Both the position numbers and the translations under genes were made by a program. The notes beneath the pieces were generated by a model, which was not told the origin of the DNA, did not search any database, and saw only the letters and a list, made by a program, of their open reading frames with translations. Positions 63,842-64,000 of a stretch of 64,000 bases of DNA are shown here, piece after piece. Source of the stretch: Patescibacteria group bacterium (GTDB taxonomy: Bacteria > Patescibacteriota > Patescibacteriia > Patescibacteriales > UBA12465); assembly GCA_041664445.1 (NCBI GenBank), contig JBAYKT010000001.1, positions 29,890-93,889 on the forward strand, in the 5' to 3' direction. Numbering within the stretch: the stretch's first letter is position 1; every line of letters begins with the position of its first letter.

Positions 63842-64000
63842 TTATTTTAAAACAAAATATTTTCCGCACTTCTTCGTTATTTGAAGAATATGAGAGAAAG
63901 CTTCCGCGATATCAAGATGTTCGCAATCAACGAAAGTCTGCGAATTACCGATGATAATCAGTTTTTCCTGAGCGCGCGACATGGCGACGTTCAAACGGCG
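63842..64000 (-). CDS. C-terminal fragment of a superfamily-1 helicase (N-terminus beyond window)
   Basis: Hand translation of the minus strand, in frame to position 64000, gives RRLNVAMSRAQEKLIIIGNSQTF...KYFVLK*. RLNVAxSRAxxxLxxxG is the SF1 (UvrD/Upf1/AAA_12-type) motif VI region. Confidence 0.7.
   Translation of the reverse strand, partial: RRLNVAMSRAQEKLIIIGNSQTFVDCEHLDIAEAFSHILQITKKCGKYFVLK

Noticed and set aside
1-64000. Alternative genetic code (UGA recoded, as in some CPR lineages).
   Set aside because: Conserved proteins end where expected under code 11, and TGA is used as a genuine stop (for example ruvC at 51946-51948, overlapped by the glgA ATG). No conserved gene appears split by in-frame TGA.
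56827-64000. Possibility that tRNA-Ala marks the attachment site of an integrated element covering the FkbH-like gene through the mini-TU island.
   Set aside because: I found no direct repeat of the tRNA 3' half (ggttcgaatccgatagggtcca) downstream; only an unrelated ggttcg hexamer occurs near 62520. There is no integrase, and core genes (ddl, murF) lie in between.
1-64000. CRISPR arrays, rRNA genes, IS elements/transposases and integrases.
   Set aside because: No regularly spaced direct repeats, no rRNA-like conserved stretches and no transposase/integrase-like ORFs were seen on either strand.

Overview
AT-rich, very gene-dense bacterial window (roughly 90% coding). It is mostly long minus-strand operons with 0-10 nt gaps or overlapping stop/start codons. 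The gene content looks like a Candidate Phyla Radiation / Patescibacteria-type genome; this is an inference from gene content only, with no database search. The supporting features are a four-subunit pyruvate:ferredoxin oxidoreductase plus ADP-forming acetyl-CoA synthetase, a GlgA/GH57 alpha-glucan cluster, Mur ligases with hydrophobic N-termini, two-helix T4SS-pilin-like modules, a 2,716-aa cysteine-rich surface protein, and almost no Shine-Dalgarno sequences. Standard code 11 fits: TGA is used as a stop, for example in ruvC. Housekeeping genes recognised: rsmA, leuS, xth, porGDAB, rnhA, recJ, lepA, murJ, rpoB, rpoC, murE, ftsK, glgA, ruvC, yebC-family, gpmA, ddl, murF and tRNA-Ala(UGC). Four regions deserve a second look. 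(1) 1-10641 is a minus-strand operon encoding a Ca-binding-repeat membrane protein, a giant Cys-rich multi-module surface protein, a small membrane protein and a polytopic membrane protein. (2) 14724-20886 is a seven-gene, tightly coupled plus-strand operon. A membrane-anchored DsbA-like oxidoreductase and two paralogous pilin-like, Cys-rich exported proteins are interleaved with the PFOR subunit genes, and one of them carries 3D and LAS-type peptidoglycan-hydrolase-like domains. (3) 62108-63841 is a 1.7-kb island of four miniature plus-strand transcription units. Each has a near-consensus promoter and an intrinsic terminator, two share a duplicated promoter/leader cassette, and one has no convincing ORF. 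(4) A LysM/M23 peptidase has a membrane-anchor-encoding N-terminal extension that is open in frame for about 120 codons but lacks any ATG/GTG/TTG start. No CRISPR array, rRNA or recognisable IS/transposon was seen.
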